A stretch of 15,331 nucleotides of DNA, from the IMG/VR virus record IMGVR_UViG_2718218172_000006; one strand, given 5' to 3'. The position numbers and the translations under genes are program-made. Every line of letters begins with the position of its first letter. Positions within the stretch are counted from its first letter, which is position 1. Shown here piece by piece: positions 15,113 to 15,331 of the stretch. The notes beneath the pieces were generated by a model. It was not told the DNA's origin, did no database searches, and was given only the letters and a program-made list of their open reading frames with translations. Source of the stretch: a virus (Duplodnaviria > Heunggongvirae > Uroviricota > Caudoviricetes).

Positions 15113-15331
15113 ATGCAGAAACGAGAACCCGTCATCATCGCGCCAGACTATACCGATGATGAACTTTATGAGTGGATGCGCCAGAAAATTAATGCAGCGC
15201 AGGATCTGAAATGGGCTAATGAAGCCAGGGCTAAGCAGGCTGAAAATCTGTCCGCTCTGGAGCAGGATATCACCAATCTGGAAAAAGCAGCGGCATTAAG
15301 CATTGCCAGAATGATTACATACCCGCGTTAG
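15113..15331 (+). CDS. ydfC: YdfC, 72 aa
   Basis: 72-aa ORF MQKREPVIIAPDYTDDELYEWMRQKINAAQDLKWANEARAKQAENLSALEQDITNLEKAAALSIARMITYPR, with GAGGA upstream and a stop at 15329-15331, the last codon of the window. Confidence 0.8.
   Translation: MQKREPVIIAPDYTDDELYEWMRQKINAAQDLKWANEARAKQAENLSALEQDITNLEKAAALSIARMITYPR

Larger units (their letters stand above)
6603..15331. mobile_element. Qin-like cryptic lambdoid prophage segment (hokD-relEB-flxA … dicC-dicA-ydfABC)
   Basis: Gene content and order match what I remember of the E. coli K-12 Qin prophage, and the protein lengths match (RelE 95, RelB 79, FlxA 110, DicC 76, DicA 135, YdfA 51, YdfB 42, YdfC 72 aa). The stretch between flxA and dicC carries extra genes. 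Confidence 0.85.

Noticed and set aside
14704-15159. ORFs 14704-14970 (-) and 14950-15159 (+)
   Set aside because: They overlap ydfA and ydfB, which have good ribosome-binding sites and match the K-12 proteins; these are antisense or out-of-frame shadows.

Overview
The window is a scaffold of three unrelated segments joined by two 100-N gaps (2137-2236 and 6503-6602). All family and gene names below are recognised from memory of the translated proteins, not from any search. Segment 1 (1-2136) is A+T-rich and carries a polytopic membrane protein gene and the C-terminal half of a FabD-like acyltransferase gene that is cut by an IS3 insertion (IS3 left end at 1513, running into the gap). Segment 2 (2237-6502) is G+C-rich and is the transposition module of a Tn21-family (Tn501/Tn1721-like) transposon: 38-bp terminal inverted repeat, tnpA, tnpR and the res region. 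Segment 3 (6603-15331) is an E. coli Qin-like cryptic lambdoid prophage: hokD, relE, relB, flxA, an inserted DDE-transposase element, a small-gene region, a methyltransferase-like gene, an O-like replication gene with internal iteron repeats, dicC, dicA, ydfA, ydfB and ydfC. The region between flxA and dicC appears longer and more intact than I remember for K-12. I found no CRISPR array, tRNA or rRNA. I do not see convincing evidence of a wholly new system; the most promising unexplained material is the iteron-bearing replication module, the degenerate methyltransferase pair, a 59-aa two-helix membrane protein and an ORF-poor stretch at 10530-11642.
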